From contig OY762897.2 of NCBI GenBank assembly GCA_963666515.2, positions 4,032,001 to 4,096,000 on the forward strand: 64,000 nt of DNA, read 5' to 3'. The position numbers and the translations under genes are program-made. Below, piece after piece: positions 29,116 through 39,103 of this stretch; position 1 is the first letter of the stretch; each line of letters starts with the position of its first letter. This DNA comes from Candidatus Binatia bacterium. GTDB lineage: Bacteria > Desulfobacterota > Binatia > UBA9968 > JAJDTQ01. The notes under the pieces are model-generated. The model was not told where the DNA came from. It worked only from the letters and a program-made list of their open reading frames with translations, and searched no databases.

Positions 29116-29994
29116 ATGGAATTTCCCGGTCTGAAGATGATAATCGCGTCTGCGGCGACGGTGCTGGTCCTGGTGGTGTTGGCCGGGAGTTACGTGACCG
29201 TTGACAGCGGTCACGTGGGAGTCGTGCGCCGGCTCGGTGCCGTCCAGATGCAGCCGCTGCCGGAAGGGTTTCACCTCAAGGCGCCGTTCGTCGACCAAGT
29301 GGCGGAAGTCGACATACGGCTGCGCAAGGCGCAGAAGGAGGCGGGAGCCTCGTCCAAGGACCTGCAGGTGGTCACGACGCAGGTCGCCGTCCAATACTCT
29401 CTCAACGGTGCCGTGATGCCGTTGACGTACCAGAAGATCGGTACCCGGGAAATGGTGGAGAGCACTCTCATCGATCCGGCGATCCTGGAGTCGGTCAAGG
29501 CCATCACGGCCCAGTATACCGCGGAAGAGTTGGTTACTCGCCGCGCGGCGGTGAAAACCAAGATACAGGGCGCCATCGAGGCGTTCGTCAATGCCACGCT
29601 GACGCAAAAGAACGTTCCCGGCGCCCTGAGCCTGGCCAATGTGGCGATCACCGATTTCGATTTTTCCGATGAGTTCAACCGCGCCATCGAGGAGAAGGTG
29701 AAGGCCGAGCAGGAAGCGTTGCAGGCGCGAAACGAGAAGCTCCGCCGTGTGACGCAGGCCGAAGCCGCGGCCGCGGAGCGCACCTTGGCGGCGGACGCGG
29801 AAGCCTACCAGATCGAGGTCGCATCGAAAGCGCGCGCCGAGGCGATCCGGCGCGAGGCCGAGGCGCTTCGCGACAATCCGTCGATCATCCAACTCCGCAT
29901 CGCCGAGAAATGGGACGGCAGGCTGCCGCAGGTCAATGGCGGCAACGCGATTCCGCTGTTGAACATCGATGCCACGGGCCGCGCTCAGAAGTGA
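29116..29994 (+). CDS. SPFH/prohibitin family protein
   Basis: N-terminal TM, EGFHLKAPFV, SSKDLQ, FNRAIEEK and EKWDGRLP. Confidence 0.9.
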   Translation: MEFPGLKMIIASAATVLVLVVLAGSYVTVDSGHVGVVRRLGAVQMQPLPEGFHLKAPFVDQVAEVDIRLRKAQKEAGASSKDLQVVTTQVAVQYSLNGAVMPLTYQKIGTREMVESTLIDPAILESVKAITAQYTAEELVTRRAAVKTKIQGAIEAFVNATLTQKNVPGALSLANVAITDFDFSDEFNRAIEEKVKAEQEALQARNEKLRRVTQAEAAAAERTLAADAEAYQIEVASKARAEAIRREAEALRDNPSIIQLRIAEKWDGRLPQVNGGNAIPLLNIDATGRAQK

Positions 29995-30065
29995 CGGCCG
30001 TGCGGCCGCGGTTGTGGGTTTCATCTGTCCGTCTGCAGGCGGGCGGTGATCAAGGGTCCGGATGA

Positions 30066-30809
30066 TCAGGACCCCTTGTTCCTGGCCCTGGCGATCATCG
30101 CCGTGAGATCCTCGATGGGGACCGCGCCCCTGACGATAAGGTCGCCGACCACCAGCGCGGGGGTGCCGTCGATGTTCAACGCCGCGGCGAGCTTGTGGTT
30201 GTTGCCCAGGACGTTCTTGATCCTGGGCGTCTCCATGTCTCTCCTGAGACGGTCCGTGTCCAGGCCCACGGAGCGCGCGACGCTCATGAGGATGTCGTCG
30301 GTGAGCGGGCCGTCGGCGCGCATTAGCGCCTCGTGAAACGCCTGGTAGTAACCCTGGTTCCTGGCCGCCAGCGCCGCCTGGGCCGCGCGGAACGAGTCGG
30401 GACCCAGCACCGGGAACTCCTTGTAGACCACCCGTAGACGGGGGTCGCGCTTCATGACCGTCTCCAGGGTGGAGGCGAACCGCTTGCAGTAGCCGCAACG
30501 GTAGTCGAAGAACTCGACCAGGGTCACGTCGCCGTCGGGATTGCCGCCCACGAAGGAGTCCGGGTCCGCCAGAAGCGCCTGCCGGTGCGCCTGGATCGCG
30601 GCGCGGTCGCGTCCGGCCTGCTGCCGCCGCTGCCGCTCCCGGTGGCGCTGCACGGCCTCGAAGATCACCTCCGGGTTGTCGAGGAGATACTCGCGGACGA
30701 TTTTCTCGATCTCCTCCACGGAGCGTGGCCCCATGGCCTGTTCGGCGCCCACAACCGGCGCCCCGCCCATGAGGAAAACCAACAGACACCCTGCCGCGAA
30801 ACGTAACAT
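30066..30809 (-). CDS. DsbA family thiol-disulfide oxidoreductase (Com1-like)
   Basis: VREYLLDNPEVI, EFFDYRCGYC, KEFPVLG and GTP cis-Pro. Start at ATG 30809 with a signal peptide. Confidence 0.9.
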   Translation of the reverse strand: MLRFAAGCLLVFLMGGAPVVGAEQAMGPRSVEEIEKIVREYLLDNPEVIFEAVQRHRERQRRQQAGRDRAAIQAHRQALLADPDSFVGGNPDGDVTLVEFFDYRCGYCKRFASTLETVMKRDPRLRVVYKEFPVLGPDSFRAAQAALAARNQGYYQAFHEALMRADGPLTDDILMSVARSVGLDTDRLRRDMETPRIKNVLGNNHKLAAALNIDGTPALVVGDLIVRGAVPIEDLTAMIARARNKGS

Positions 30810-31011
30810 TGCGATGCTCCTTGAACGGACTGCTTCGTACCGGTCCTTCGTCCCGATGCGCCCGGATATGCATGCGGATGCGTCCCGGACGGATGAGGCC
30901 AGTCTACGTGAGATCGTCCGCGGCCGCCAGCCCACTCGCCCTTGAAGGCTTGCCGAGCCAGGTGAGCTGATATAAAATAGGGCAATTATATATCGTATTA
31001 CGTGGCTCTAT

Positions 31012-32346
31012 ATGGCAATTCCCTATATAAACAGACATGGAGAACGCGAGATTGCGCAGTACATCGCCGATCCCACGCCGTTCAAGCCGGTGCTGCTCCT
31101 GGAAGGCGCCCGTCAGGTCGGGAAGACCACACTGGCGGAACGCGTCCTTCGGCAATCCACCAAGCACGCCGTACACGTGAACCTGGAGCGGGACGCGCTC
31201 ATCCGGTCGACCATCGACGACTGCCGGGACTTTGCCGAATACGAGGACGTGCTGCGCGACCGCTTCGATTTCCGGGGCGACGCAGGCCAAGTCCTGTTCA
31301 TCGACGAGGCGCAGGAGAGCCGCAAGCTCGGCGAGTTCGTGCGTTTCATGAAGGAAGAGTGGCCGAAGGCCACGGTCATCCTGTCCGGCTCCACGCTCAC
31401 CCGCCTGTTCCGCGCGACGACCCGCTATCCCGTGGGCCGTGTCCGCCGTTTCGTCCTGGGTCCCTTCTCGTTCTCGGAATTCCTGCTGGCCCTTGACAAG
31501 AAGCACCTCACGGACATCGTGCTGAGCACTCGAACCCGCCTGAGCAATCAACGGCACACCCAACTCCTCGCGCTGTTCGACGCATTCCTCCTCGTCGGCG
31601 GACTTCCCGCGGTCGTGCAGGCGTACGCCTCGGGCGGTGACCACCGGCTGGTGCTGAGACAGATCATCGCCGATTACGAACAGGACTTCATCCGCATCTT
31701 CGGCGAAGACAGCAGCGACATCGCCAGGGCCTGCCTGCGCAGCGTGGCGAATTTCGCCGGCGGCGTATCGAAGAATACCGCTGTCGTTCCGTCCCCGAGT
31801 AACCGCGTCAACGAGCGGATCAACCAGATATTTGCGAGGCTGGAGAGTTGGCATCTGGTCCTTCGTGCGGACCAGAAGGGAACCAACCCGCAGGCCAGTC
31901 ACGGTTACCTGCCCAAGCGGTATCTGTTCGATACGGGCGTGCTGCGCGAACTGCGTGAGTCCGCGGTGCCATCCATCAGCGCCGTCAACACCTTGTCCGC
32001 GGCGATGCGAACACCTCTCGGCGCGGTGATCGAAAACCAGACCGCCATCGAGCTGGCGCGTTCCGGTACGGACCTCTCCGGTTGGAAGCGGACCCCGTCG
32101 GGGGCGGAGATCGACTTCGTCGTCAAACGGGGCGATACCGCGGTTCCGGTCGAATGCAAAGCGGCGCTGGCGGTGAACCGCAAGCACATGCGAGGAGTCG
32201 CCAGCTATCTGCGACAGCATGGGCTCCGCACGGGATACCTGACGAGCCTGGCGCCGTACTCGATCACGACAATGGACGACGTGCGGATCGTGAACCTGCC
32301 AGGCTACCTTCTTGAGCGCCTCGGCCGTATCTCTGATTCGCTGTAG
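31012..32346 (+). CDS. AAA+ ATPase with a C-terminal DUF4143-like domain
   Basis: Walker A GARQVGKT, Walker B FIDEAQ, GGLP, KRYLFDTG and EIDFVV...PVECK. Confidence 0.88.
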   Translation: MAIPYINRHGEREIAQYIADPTPFKPVLLLEGARQVGKTTLAERVLRQSTKHAVHVNLERDALIRSTIDDCRDFAEYEDVLRDRFDFRGDAGQVLFIDEAQESRKLGEFVRFMKEEWPKATVILSGSTLTRLFRATTRYPVGRVRRFVLGPFSFSEFLLALDKKHLTDIVLSTRTRLSNQRHTQLLALFDAFLLVGGLPAVVQAYASGGDHRLVLRQIIADYEQDFIRIFGEDSSDIARACLRSVANFAGGVSKNTAVVPSPSNRVNERINQIFARLESWHLVLRADQKGTNPQASHGYLPKRYLFDTGVLRELRESAVPSISAVNTLSAAMRTPLGAVIENQTAIELARSGTDLSGWKRTPSGAEIDFVVKRGDTAVPVECKAALAVNRKHMRGVASYLRQHGLRTGYLTSLAPYSITTMDDVRIVNLPGYLLERLGRISDSL

Positions 32347-32394
32347 CCGGGAACGGGCTGCTGGATGCAGCACCTCCAACCTTGTGCCGCCTTT

Positions 32395-32449
32395 ACGTAA
32401 CAGACTCGTAACAATCGTTTAATTTCTCTGTGACGTAGCCGTCATAGAC
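32395..32449 (+). promoter_or_regulatory. Pho-box-like array of five phased 11-bp repeats upstream of pstS
   Basis: ACGTAACAGAC / TCGTAACAATC / GTTTAATTTCT / CTGTGACGTAG / CCGTCATAGAC, compared with the PhoB half-site CTGTCATnnnn. Confidence 0.75.
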
Positions 32450-32558
32450 CGATAACTACCGTTGGTTGAGTCCTGCCAACACTGGCAGGGTCGTGGGACC
32501 CTTCGCCCGGTGATCGGGTATCGGCGACAAAGGTTCTAACCAAAAGGAGGGTTTCCCT

Positions 32559-33602
32559 ATGTTTCGGAACGGTCTGTTGACGGCGGCGGTGGTCGCACTG
32601 GCCGCGGCGGGTCTGGCGACTTCGGCCTCGGCGCAGTCGCGCGACTACATCCAGATCGTGGGCTCGTCCACGGTCTATCCGTTCACCACCGTGGTGGCCG
32701 AGCAGTTCGGCAAGACCACCAGGTTCAAGACCCCCAAGGTCGAGTCCACGGGCTCGGGCGGCGGCCTGAAGCTTTTCTGCGCCGGCGTCGGCGTCGAGCA
32801 CCCGGACATGACCAACTCTTCGCGGCGTATCAAGAAGACCGAGGTCGAACGCTGCTCCAGGAACGGCGTCCAGGAGATCGTCGAGTTGAAGGTGGGCTAC
32901 GACGGCATCGCGGTGGCCAACTCGAAGAAGAGCAAGCCGCTGGCCCTCACGCCCCAGGATCTCTATCTCGCCCTGGCCAAGGACGTGCCGGCCAACGCCG
33001 ACGGCAGCGAGCGCAAGCCGAACCCCAACAAGACCTGGAAGGACGTGAACCCCAGGCTCCCGGCCCTGAAGATCGAGGTGCTGGGACCGCCGCCGACGTC
33101 CGGCACCCGCGACGCCTTCGTGGAGTTGGTGATGGACGCGGGCTGCAAGAAGTTCGCCGCCATCAAGAAGATGTCCAAGAAGCCGAGACGGGCCGCCTGC
33201 CGCACCATGCGTGAGGACGGCGCCTTCGTCGAGGCGGGCGAGAACGACAACCTGATCGTGCAGAAGCTCGACGCCAACCCCGACGCCTTCGGCATCTTCG
33301 GCTTCAGCTTCCTGGACCAGAACACCGACAAGCTCCGGGGTGCTTCCATCAACGGCGTCAAGCCCGAGTTCGAGACCATCGCCGACGGCAGCTATCCGGT
33401 GTCGCGTCCGCTGTACCTCTACATCAAGAAGGCCCACCTGGACGTGATATCGGGCATGAGGGAGTTCCTCGCCGAGTACACCAGCGAGAAGGCCTGGGGC
33501 GATGAGGGTTATCTGTCCGACAAGGGGCTGATCCCGATGCCCGGGAAGGAGCGCCAGCAGTTCTCTTCGGACGTGAAGAACGTGAAGAACCTGGCTCTGT
33601 AG
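32559..33602 (+). CDS. pstS: Phosphate ABC transporter substrate-binding protein
   Basis: Signal peptide, VGSSTVYP, STGSGGG, SGTRDAF and YPVSRPL. Confidence 0.95.
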   Translation: MFRNGLLTAAVVALAAAGLATSASAQSRDYIQIVGSSTVYPFTTVVAEQFGKTTRFKTPKVESTGSGGGLKLFCAGVGVEHPDMTNSSRRIKKTEVERCSRNGVQEIVELKVGYDGIAVANSKKSKPLALTPQDLYLALAKDVPANADGSERKPNPNKTWKDVNPRLPALKIEVLGPPPTSGTRDAFVELVMDAGCKKFAAIKKMSKKPRRAACRTMREDGAFVEAGENDNLIVQKLDANPDAFGIFGFSFLDQNTDKLRGASINGVKPEFETIADGSYPVSRPLYLYIKKAHLDVISGMREFLAEYTSEKAWGDEGYLSDKGLIPMPGKERQQFSSDVKNVKNLAL

Positions 33603-33608
33603 ACGTCC

Positions 33609-34988
33609 ATGGGCGCCCCGAGCCTGATTATTGCGTTGCTGGTCGTGAGTTGCGTCAGCTACCACCTGGGCTGGCGCCGCTCCATCTCCCTGGCCCAGGG
33701 GACCGTCCGCAACCTGCACTCCCTCCCCGGCTACCACGGGCTTTACACCGCCCTTTGGGCTGCGGTGCCGGCCCTCCTGCTGCTGGCCCTCGGAGCGGCC
33801 CTGAAGGGCCCCGTCGTAACCCGCATCGTGGTCGCCGACCTGCCGCGGGAGATTCAGAGCCTGCCGCCGGAGCGGCTCAATCTGGTCATCACCGACGTCC
33901 GCAACCTGGCATCCGGGAACATCGCTTCCCGGAAAAGTCCCGCCATAGTGGCCGCGGCGGACCGTTACGTGAGGCTGCAGGGCTACGCCGCCATCGCCAT
34001 CTGGGTGGCCGTGCTGGCGCTGGCGGCGTTTTGCAGCGCCATGGCCTGGCGCGCCATCAGGCCCGGCAAACGCGCGCGGAATTCCGTCGAGCGGATCGTG
34101 CTCGGCTTCCTCATGGCCAGCTCGACCATCGCCATCCTGACGACCATAGGGATCGTGCTCTCCGTGCTGTTCGAGTCGATCCGCTTCTTCCAGGCGGTGC
34201 CGGTGACCGAGTTCATCTTCGGCACCGAGTGGAGCCCCCAGATGGCCATTCGCGCCGACCAGGTGGGCGCTTCCGGAGCCTTCGGCGCCATTCCGCTGTT
34301 CGTCGGCACGCTGCTCATCTCCTTCATCGCCATGCTGGTGGCGGTCCCGGTAGGTCTGATGTCGGCCATCTACCTCGCCGAGTACGCGCAACCACGGGTG
34401 CGGGCGGTGGTCAAGCCCCTGCTGGAGGTGCTGGCGGGGATCCCGACCGTCGTCTACGGGTTCTTCGCGGCCCTGACGGTGGCGCCGTTCATGCGCGGGT
34501 TGGGCGAGAGCGTGGGGCTCGACGTGGCGTCCGAGAGCGCCCTGGCCGCGGGGCTGGTCATGGGCATGATGATCATTCCGTTCGTCTCCTCGCTTTCCGA
34601 TGACGTGATCAACGCCGTGCCCCAGGCCATGCGCGACGGCGCCTACGCGCTGGGCTCGACCCAGTCGGAGATCATCCGGAAGGTGGTCATCCCGGCGGCC
34701 CTCCCGGGCATCGTCGGCGGCGTCCTGCTGGCGGTGTCGCGCGCCATCGGGGAAACCATGATCGTCGTCATGGCCGCGGGACTGGCCGCGAACCTCACCG
34801 CCAATCCGCTCAGCGCGGTTACCACGGTTACGGTTCAGATCGTGACGCTGCTGACCGGCGACCAGGAGTTCGACAGTCCCAAGACGCTGGCCGCGTTCGC
34901 ATTGGGCCTGGTGCTCTTCGTGGTCACCCTGGGCCTCAACGTCATCGCCCTGCAGGTGGTGCGCAAGTACCGGGAGCAGTACGAGTAG
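33609..34988 (+). CDS. pstC: Phosphate ABC transporter permease
   Basis: LAGIPTVVYG and SRAIGETMIV. Second gene of the operon. Confidence 0.95.
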   Translation: MGAPSLIIALLVVSCVSYHLGWRRSISLAQGTVRNLHSLPGYHGLYTALWAAVPALLLLALGAALKGPVVTRIVVADLPREIQSLPPERLNLVITDVRNLASGNIASRKSPAIVAAADRYVRLQGYAAIAIWVAVLALAAFCSAMAWRAIRPGKRARNSVERIVLGFLMASSTIAILTTIGIVLSVLFESIRFFQAVPVTEFIFGTEWSPQMAIRADQVGASGAFGAIPLFVGTLLISFIAMLVAVPVGLMSAIYLAEYAQPRVRAVVKPLLEVLAGIPTVVYGFFAALTVAPFMRGLGESVGLDVASESALAAGLVMGMMIIPFVSSLSDDVINAVPQAMRDGAYALGSTQSEIIRKVVIPAALPGIVGGVLLAVSRAIGETMIVVMAAGLAANLTANPLSAVTTVTVQIVTLLTGDQEFDSPKTLAAFALGLVLFVVTLGLNVIALQVVRKYREQYE

Positions 34989-34996
34989 CACTGATC

Positions 34997-36286
34997 ATGG
35001 CCACGCGTCCGAAAAGCACCATCGAGACCGTGCGCGCGACCCTGGCCCGCCGGAACCGGGCCGAACGCCGCTTCCGGAACTTCGGGCGGGCCGCGGTTCT
35101 CCTGGGACTGGTGTTCCTGGTGCTGATGTTCGTGAACATCGTCGTCACCGGCTACTCGGCCTTCCGGCAGACCTACGTGAAGCTGCCGGTCCACTTCGAC
35201 CCGCAGGTGATCGACCCCCAGCGCACCGGCGATCGCGACGTCCTCGGCGCCGCCGACTACGGCGCCCTGGTCAAGACCTCGGTGCGTTCGCTCTTCCCCG
35301 AGGTGCGGGGGAGACGGGACCGGCGCGCTCTCGCCAAGCTGGCCAGCCGGGGAACGGTGTTCGAGCTTCGCCGCATGACCCTGGAAGATCCCTCGCTGGT
35401 GGGCGCCCGGGCGGAGATATGGGTGCCCGTGGACGACGATTACGACATGCTCCACAAGGGCAACGTCGACCGGACGTTGCCGGAAGCGGACCGGCGGCTG
35501 TCCGACAAACAGATCGGATGGTTCGACCGGCTCGTGGCCGACGGACGCGTCGAGTCGCGTTTCAACGCCACCTTCTTCAGCGCCGGCGACTCGCGGGAGC
35601 CGGAGCTGGCGGGCATCTGGGGAGCGGCGATGGGTTCGTTCTTCACGCTGGTGGTGACCTTGCTGCTGTCGTTTCCGCTGGGGGTGGCCACCGCGGTCTA
35701 CTTGGAGGAGTTCGCGCCCAGGAATCGCGTGACCGCGCTGATCGAGGTCAACATCAACAACCTGGCGGCGGTGCCGTCCATCGTCTTCGGCCTGCTGGGC
35801 CTGGCGGTGTTCATCAACTTCTTCGGTCTGCCGCGCTCCGCGCCACTGGTGGGGGGGCTGGTGCTGACGCTGATGACGCTTCCCACCATCATCATCGCGG
35901 GCCGGGCGTCGCTCCAGTCCGTGCCGCCCTCGATCCGGGAAGCGGCCCTGGGGGTGGGCGCGTCCAAGATGCAGATGATCGTGCACCACGTGCTGCCCCT
36001 GGCCATGCCCGGCATGTTGACCGGCACCATCATCGGCATGGCCCGCGCCCTCGGCGAGACCGCGCCGCTGTTGATGATCGGCATGGTGGCGTTCGTCGTG
36101 GACGTCCCGCAGAGTGTCACGGACGCGGCCACCGCGCTGCCGGTGCAGATCTTCCTTTGGCTGGACAGCCCCGAGCGCGCCTTCGTGGAGCGGGCTTCGG
36201 CGGCGATCATGGTGCTGCTGGCGTTTCTCATCGCCATGAACGCCCTGGCCATCGTGCTGCGGCGGCGTTTTGAAAGACGCTGGTAA
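34997..36286 (+). CDS. pstA: Phosphate ABC transporter permease
   Basis: NLAAVPSIVFG, REAALGVGAS and ARALGETAPL. Confidence 0.95.
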   Translation: MATRPKSTIETVRATLARRNRAERRFRNFGRAAVLLGLVFLVLMFVNIVVTGYSAFRQTYVKLPVHFDPQVIDPQRTGDRDVLGAADYGALVKTSVRSLFPEVRGRRDRRALAKLASRGTVFELRRMTLEDPSLVGARAEIWVPVDDDYDMLHKGNVDRTLPEADRRLSDKQIGWFDRLVADGRVESRFNATFFSAGDSREPELAGIWGAAMGSFFTLVVTLLLSFPLGVATAVYLEEFAPRNRVTALIEVNINNLAAVPSIVFGLLGLAVFINFFGLPRSAPLVGGLVLTLMTLPTIIIAGRASLQSVPPSIREAALGVGASKMQMIVHHVLPLAMPGMLTGTIIGMARALGETAPLLMIGMVAFVVDVPQSVTDAATALPVQIFLWLDSPERAFVERASAAIMVLLAFLIAMNALAIVLRRRFERRW

Positions 36287-36324
36287 ACTGGCACAAACAA
36301 GGGGAACTCTGATTGTCAACGCGT

Positions 36325-36384
36325 CCTTCGACTTCGCTCCGCTTGCGCTTCGCTACGTCTGTCCTGAGCCTTGTCGAAGGGCGC
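36325..36384. repeat. REP-like element between pstA and pstB
   Basis: Shares CCTTCGACTTCGCTCCGCT with 3269-3287 and ends CCTGAGCCTTGTCGAAGGGCGC. Confidence 0.7.
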
Positions 36385-36413
36385 GGTGACAATCAGTTCA
36401 GGAGACGCCGATT

Positions 36414-37292
36414 GTGGCCGACCAACCGGGTGTAGCAGTCATGGAAGCGGGTGCGCTGGAGTTCCGGGGAGCCGAGATGGAAGACGTCGACGAGCGGCGG
36501 GAAAGCCGCGAGACCGTGGGCACGCCGTTCTCGGACACACCGCGCATGACCTGCCGCAACGTCAACGTCCATTACGGCGACAACCACGCCATCAAGAACG
36601 TGAGCCTGGATATCGGACGGGAGCAGGTGCTGGCGATGATCGGCCCGTCCGGGTGCGGCAAGTCCACCTTCCTGCGGGCGCTCAACCGCATGAACGACAC
36701 CATCGACGGCTGCCGCATGACCGGCGAGATCACGCTTGACGGCAACGACATCTACGCCAGGGACATGGACGTGGTCCAGCTACGGGCGCAGGTGGGCATG
36801 GTGTTCCAGAAGCCCAACCCCTTCCCCAAGTCCATCTTCGACAACGTCGCCTACGGCGTGCGCATCCACGGGCTGGCGGAGTCCAAGTCCGAACTGGAGG
36901 GCATCGTCGAGCACAGCCTGAAGCGCGCCGGCCTGTGGGAAGAGGTGAACGACCGGCTCCATCAGCCCGGCACCGGCCTGTCCGGCGGCCAGCAGCAACG
37001 ATTGTGCATCGCCCGGACCATCGCGGTGAGTCCGGAGGTCATCCTCATGGACGAGCCCTGCTCGGCCCTCGACCCCATCGCCACCGCCCGGGTCGAGGAC
37101 CTGATCCACGAGTTGGGCCGCGACTACACCATCGCCATCGTCACCCACTCCATGCAGCAGGCCGCCCGGGTATCGCAGCGCACCGCCTACCTCCACCTGG
37201 GAGATCTGCTGGAGGTGGGCCCCACCGACCAGATATTCACCAACCCCATCCACCCCCTCACCGAGGACTACATCACCGGGCGTTTCGGCTGA
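36414..37292 (+). CDS. pstB: Phosphate ABC transporter ATP-binding protein
   Basis: [36 protein letters not shown] and YITGRFG. Confidence 0.97.
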   Translation: MADQPGVAVMEAGALEFRGAEMEDVDERRESRETVGTPFSDTPRMTCRNVNVHYGDNHAIKNVSLDIGREQVLAMIGPSGCGKSTFLRALNRMNDTIDGCRMTGEITLDGNDIYARDMDVVQLRAQVGMVFQKPNPFPKSIFDNVAYGVRIHGLAESKSELEGIVEHSLKRAGLWEEVNDRLHQPGTGLSGGQQQRLCIARTIAVSPEVILMDEPCSALDPIATARVEDLIHELGRDYTIAIVTHSMQQAARVSQRTAYLHLGDLLEVGPTDQIFTNPIHPLTEDYITGRFG

Positions 37293-37703
37293 TCAGCGCG
37301 ACGACCGGTACAATTCCACGAAGTCTCTCGGCGAGACCACCTCGACGCCTTGTCGGTGGCGTTTGGGGTAGTGCTTGAGATTCCCCGTCACCAAGCATCC
37401 GGCCTGACCGGCCAAAGCCACGGCCAGAAAGACCTCGTCGTCGGGATCGGGAAGGCGCCCAGGCAGGAGGCGCGCCTCCACCGGCTCGCCGTCTGCCTGG
37501 ATCTGGTCCAACAGGGATTCGACGCGGGCGAGGCTGAACGGAAACGCCGGCCGCAACAGGACTTGACGGTATTCGCCCAGGATACGGGCGTCGTAGCACA
37601 ACCGAACCGCCCGGGCGGTTACCAACCGCACGATCTCGCCAGGGGGGCCGAAGGCGGAGAGCAGACCCGATACGAGGACGTTCGTATCGAGCACGATCTT
37701 CAT
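37293..37703 (-). CDS. PIN-domain toxin
   Basis: VLDTNVLVS, DPDDEVFL and VTGNLKHY. Confidence 0.9.
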   Translation of the reverse strand: MKIVLDTNVLVSGLLSAFGPPGEIVRLVTARAVRLCYDARILGEYRQVLLRPAFPFSLARVESLLDQIQADGEPVEARLLPGRLPDPDDEVFLAVALAGQAGCLVTGNLKHYPKRHRQGVEVVSPRDFVELYRSSR

Positions 37704-37987
37704 CGAGTGCGTTCTCGGCGCGCCGCGGTGATTTCCGCCGCGATCTCCTGGGGCGACATGCGGTCGGTGCCGGTCTTCTGGGAGGCTTGCTGCATGGCGG
37801 TGACGGCAGCCTGGGCGCGCGCGCGGCGCATGGCGCTCAGTGATTCTTCCAGGGTGTCGTCCGAGGTTGCGGAGAGCAGCGCAATGGGCTTGCCATTGGA
37901 GGTGATGACCAGATCCCGTTCTTCAGCCAGAGTCTTCCAGACGGCTGCCGACCGGCTGCGCAACTCGCGGATGGCTACAAAGCGCAT
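37700..37987 (-). CDS. Phd/YefM family antitoxin
   Basis: MRFVAIRELR...LVITSNGKPIALL. AAGGAGG RBS and ATGA overlap with the toxin. Possible operator TGTAC-N8-GTACA at 38007-38024. Confidence 0.88.
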   Translation of the reverse strand: MRFVAIRELRSRSAAVWKTLAEERDLVITSNGKPIALLSATSDDTLEESLSAMRRARAQAAVTAMQQASQKTGTDRMSPQEIAAEITAARRERTR

Positions 37988-38102
37988 GGCGGCCTCCTTC
38001 CTGTTGTGTACGTGACAGGGTACATGATCGTGACACGCCAATCAACGTAGCCGACGGCGAAAAAGACCAGCAACTTATGGCAGAAATTACGGGACGCGAC
38101 GC

Positions 38103-39029
38103 TCAGTTGCCGGTAACCGAGTCCACGTGGCCGAATATCGCCGCGAGCTTCTCCTGTGCTTCGGGCGGCAGCGGCGGCTTGAGCGCCGCTGAGACGTTGG
38201 TTTCCAGGTGCCGCTCGTCGCCGGTTCCGGTCAGCACCACGTCCACGCCCGGCTCGTGCACGCAGAAACGGTAGGCTGCCTCCGCGAGGGTCTCGGCGCA
38301 GCCGTTCCCGGTGAGGAAGCCGAGGTCGGCGCCGGGCTCCAGGATACCGTTGCGCTCCATTTCCCGCAGCAGCTTGGCGAGGCTCTCGGGCCGGCTCAAC
38401 GCGCGCCGGACAGCGAACATGATCAGGGTGCCCACGCTCTTCTTCCGGGTGAGCGGGAACACGCTCCGGCGCGCGGACGGGTTCAGCAGGTTGAAGCCGA
38501 CCATGACCACGTCCCACCAAGGGTCATGCAGGCCCCGCTGCAGCATCTCGTGACGCGGGTTGGCCGGGAACTCTTCGGTGATGCCCACCGCACGGATCTT
38601 GCCTTCCTCGCGCAACTCCGTCAGTACGGGCGCCATCACGCTCGCCGCGAACTCGTAGCGCGCGTCGCCCACGCCGTGGAGATGGAAGACATCCACGTAG
38701 TCCGTGCCCAGCCGTTTCAGGCTTGCCTCCACCCCCGCCCGCATGGCGCCCGCGGGATCCGCATCGTCCGGCTCCGGCATGATCTTCTTGGTGGAAACCA
38801 CCACCCGGTCCCGCGGGACGTCGCGGATGGCCGCTCCGACGATCTCCTCCGTGCCGTAGTTTTCCGCGGTGTCGAGGAAGTTCACGCCCAGGTCCAGCGC
38901 CTTCCGCACCAGCCGGACGGAGTGGTCCCGGCCCATTCCCGTGCGCTGGCCAAGCCGGCTGGGTCCGCCGCAACCGAGTCCGACGACGCTCACCGTGAGC
39001 CCCGTTTTGCCGAGGTTGGTGTAGTTCAT
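38103..39029 (-). CDS. Aldo/keto reductase
   Basis: LGKTGLTVS, GVNFLDTAENYG, SLKRLGTDYVD and EGKIRAVG. Confidence 0.92.
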   Translation of the reverse strand: MNYTNLGKTGLTVSVVGLGCGGPSRLGQRTGMGRDHSVRLVRKALDLGVNFLDTAENYGTEEIVGAAIRDVPRDRVVVSTKKIMPEPDDADPAGAMRAGVEASLKRLGTDYVDVFHLHGVGDARYEFAASVMAPVLTELREEGKIRAVGITEEFPANPRHEMLQRGLHDPWWDVVMVGFNLLNPSARRSVFPLTRKKSVGTLIMFAVRRALSRPESLAKLLREMERNGILEPGADLGFLTGNGCAETLAEAAYRFCVHEPGVDVVLTGTGDERHLETNVSAALKPPLPPEAQEKLAAIFGHVDSVTGN

Positions 39030-39103
39030 GGAGAGTCCCGCACACCGTGGCGCTGAAGTGCGTCCCTGATCTCTTCAGCCTGGAGGTAGGTGAACGCGGC
39101 CAT
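39026..39103 (-). pseudogene. 25-codon stub, probably the N-terminus of a deleted partner (nucleotidyltransferase-like) gene
   Basis: MAAFTYLQAEEIRDALQRHGVRDSP*. It overlaps the end of the upstream small ORF, and its stop overlaps the AKR ATG. Confidence 0.45.

Noticed and set aside
30066-30809. DsbA as a second selenoprotein
   Set aside because: The active site is plain CGYC with no in-frame TGA.
32442-34991. 849-aa minus-strand ORF (and similarly 45927-48509)
   Set aside because: These are antisense shadows of pstS/pstC and of ubiD/dehydrogenase.
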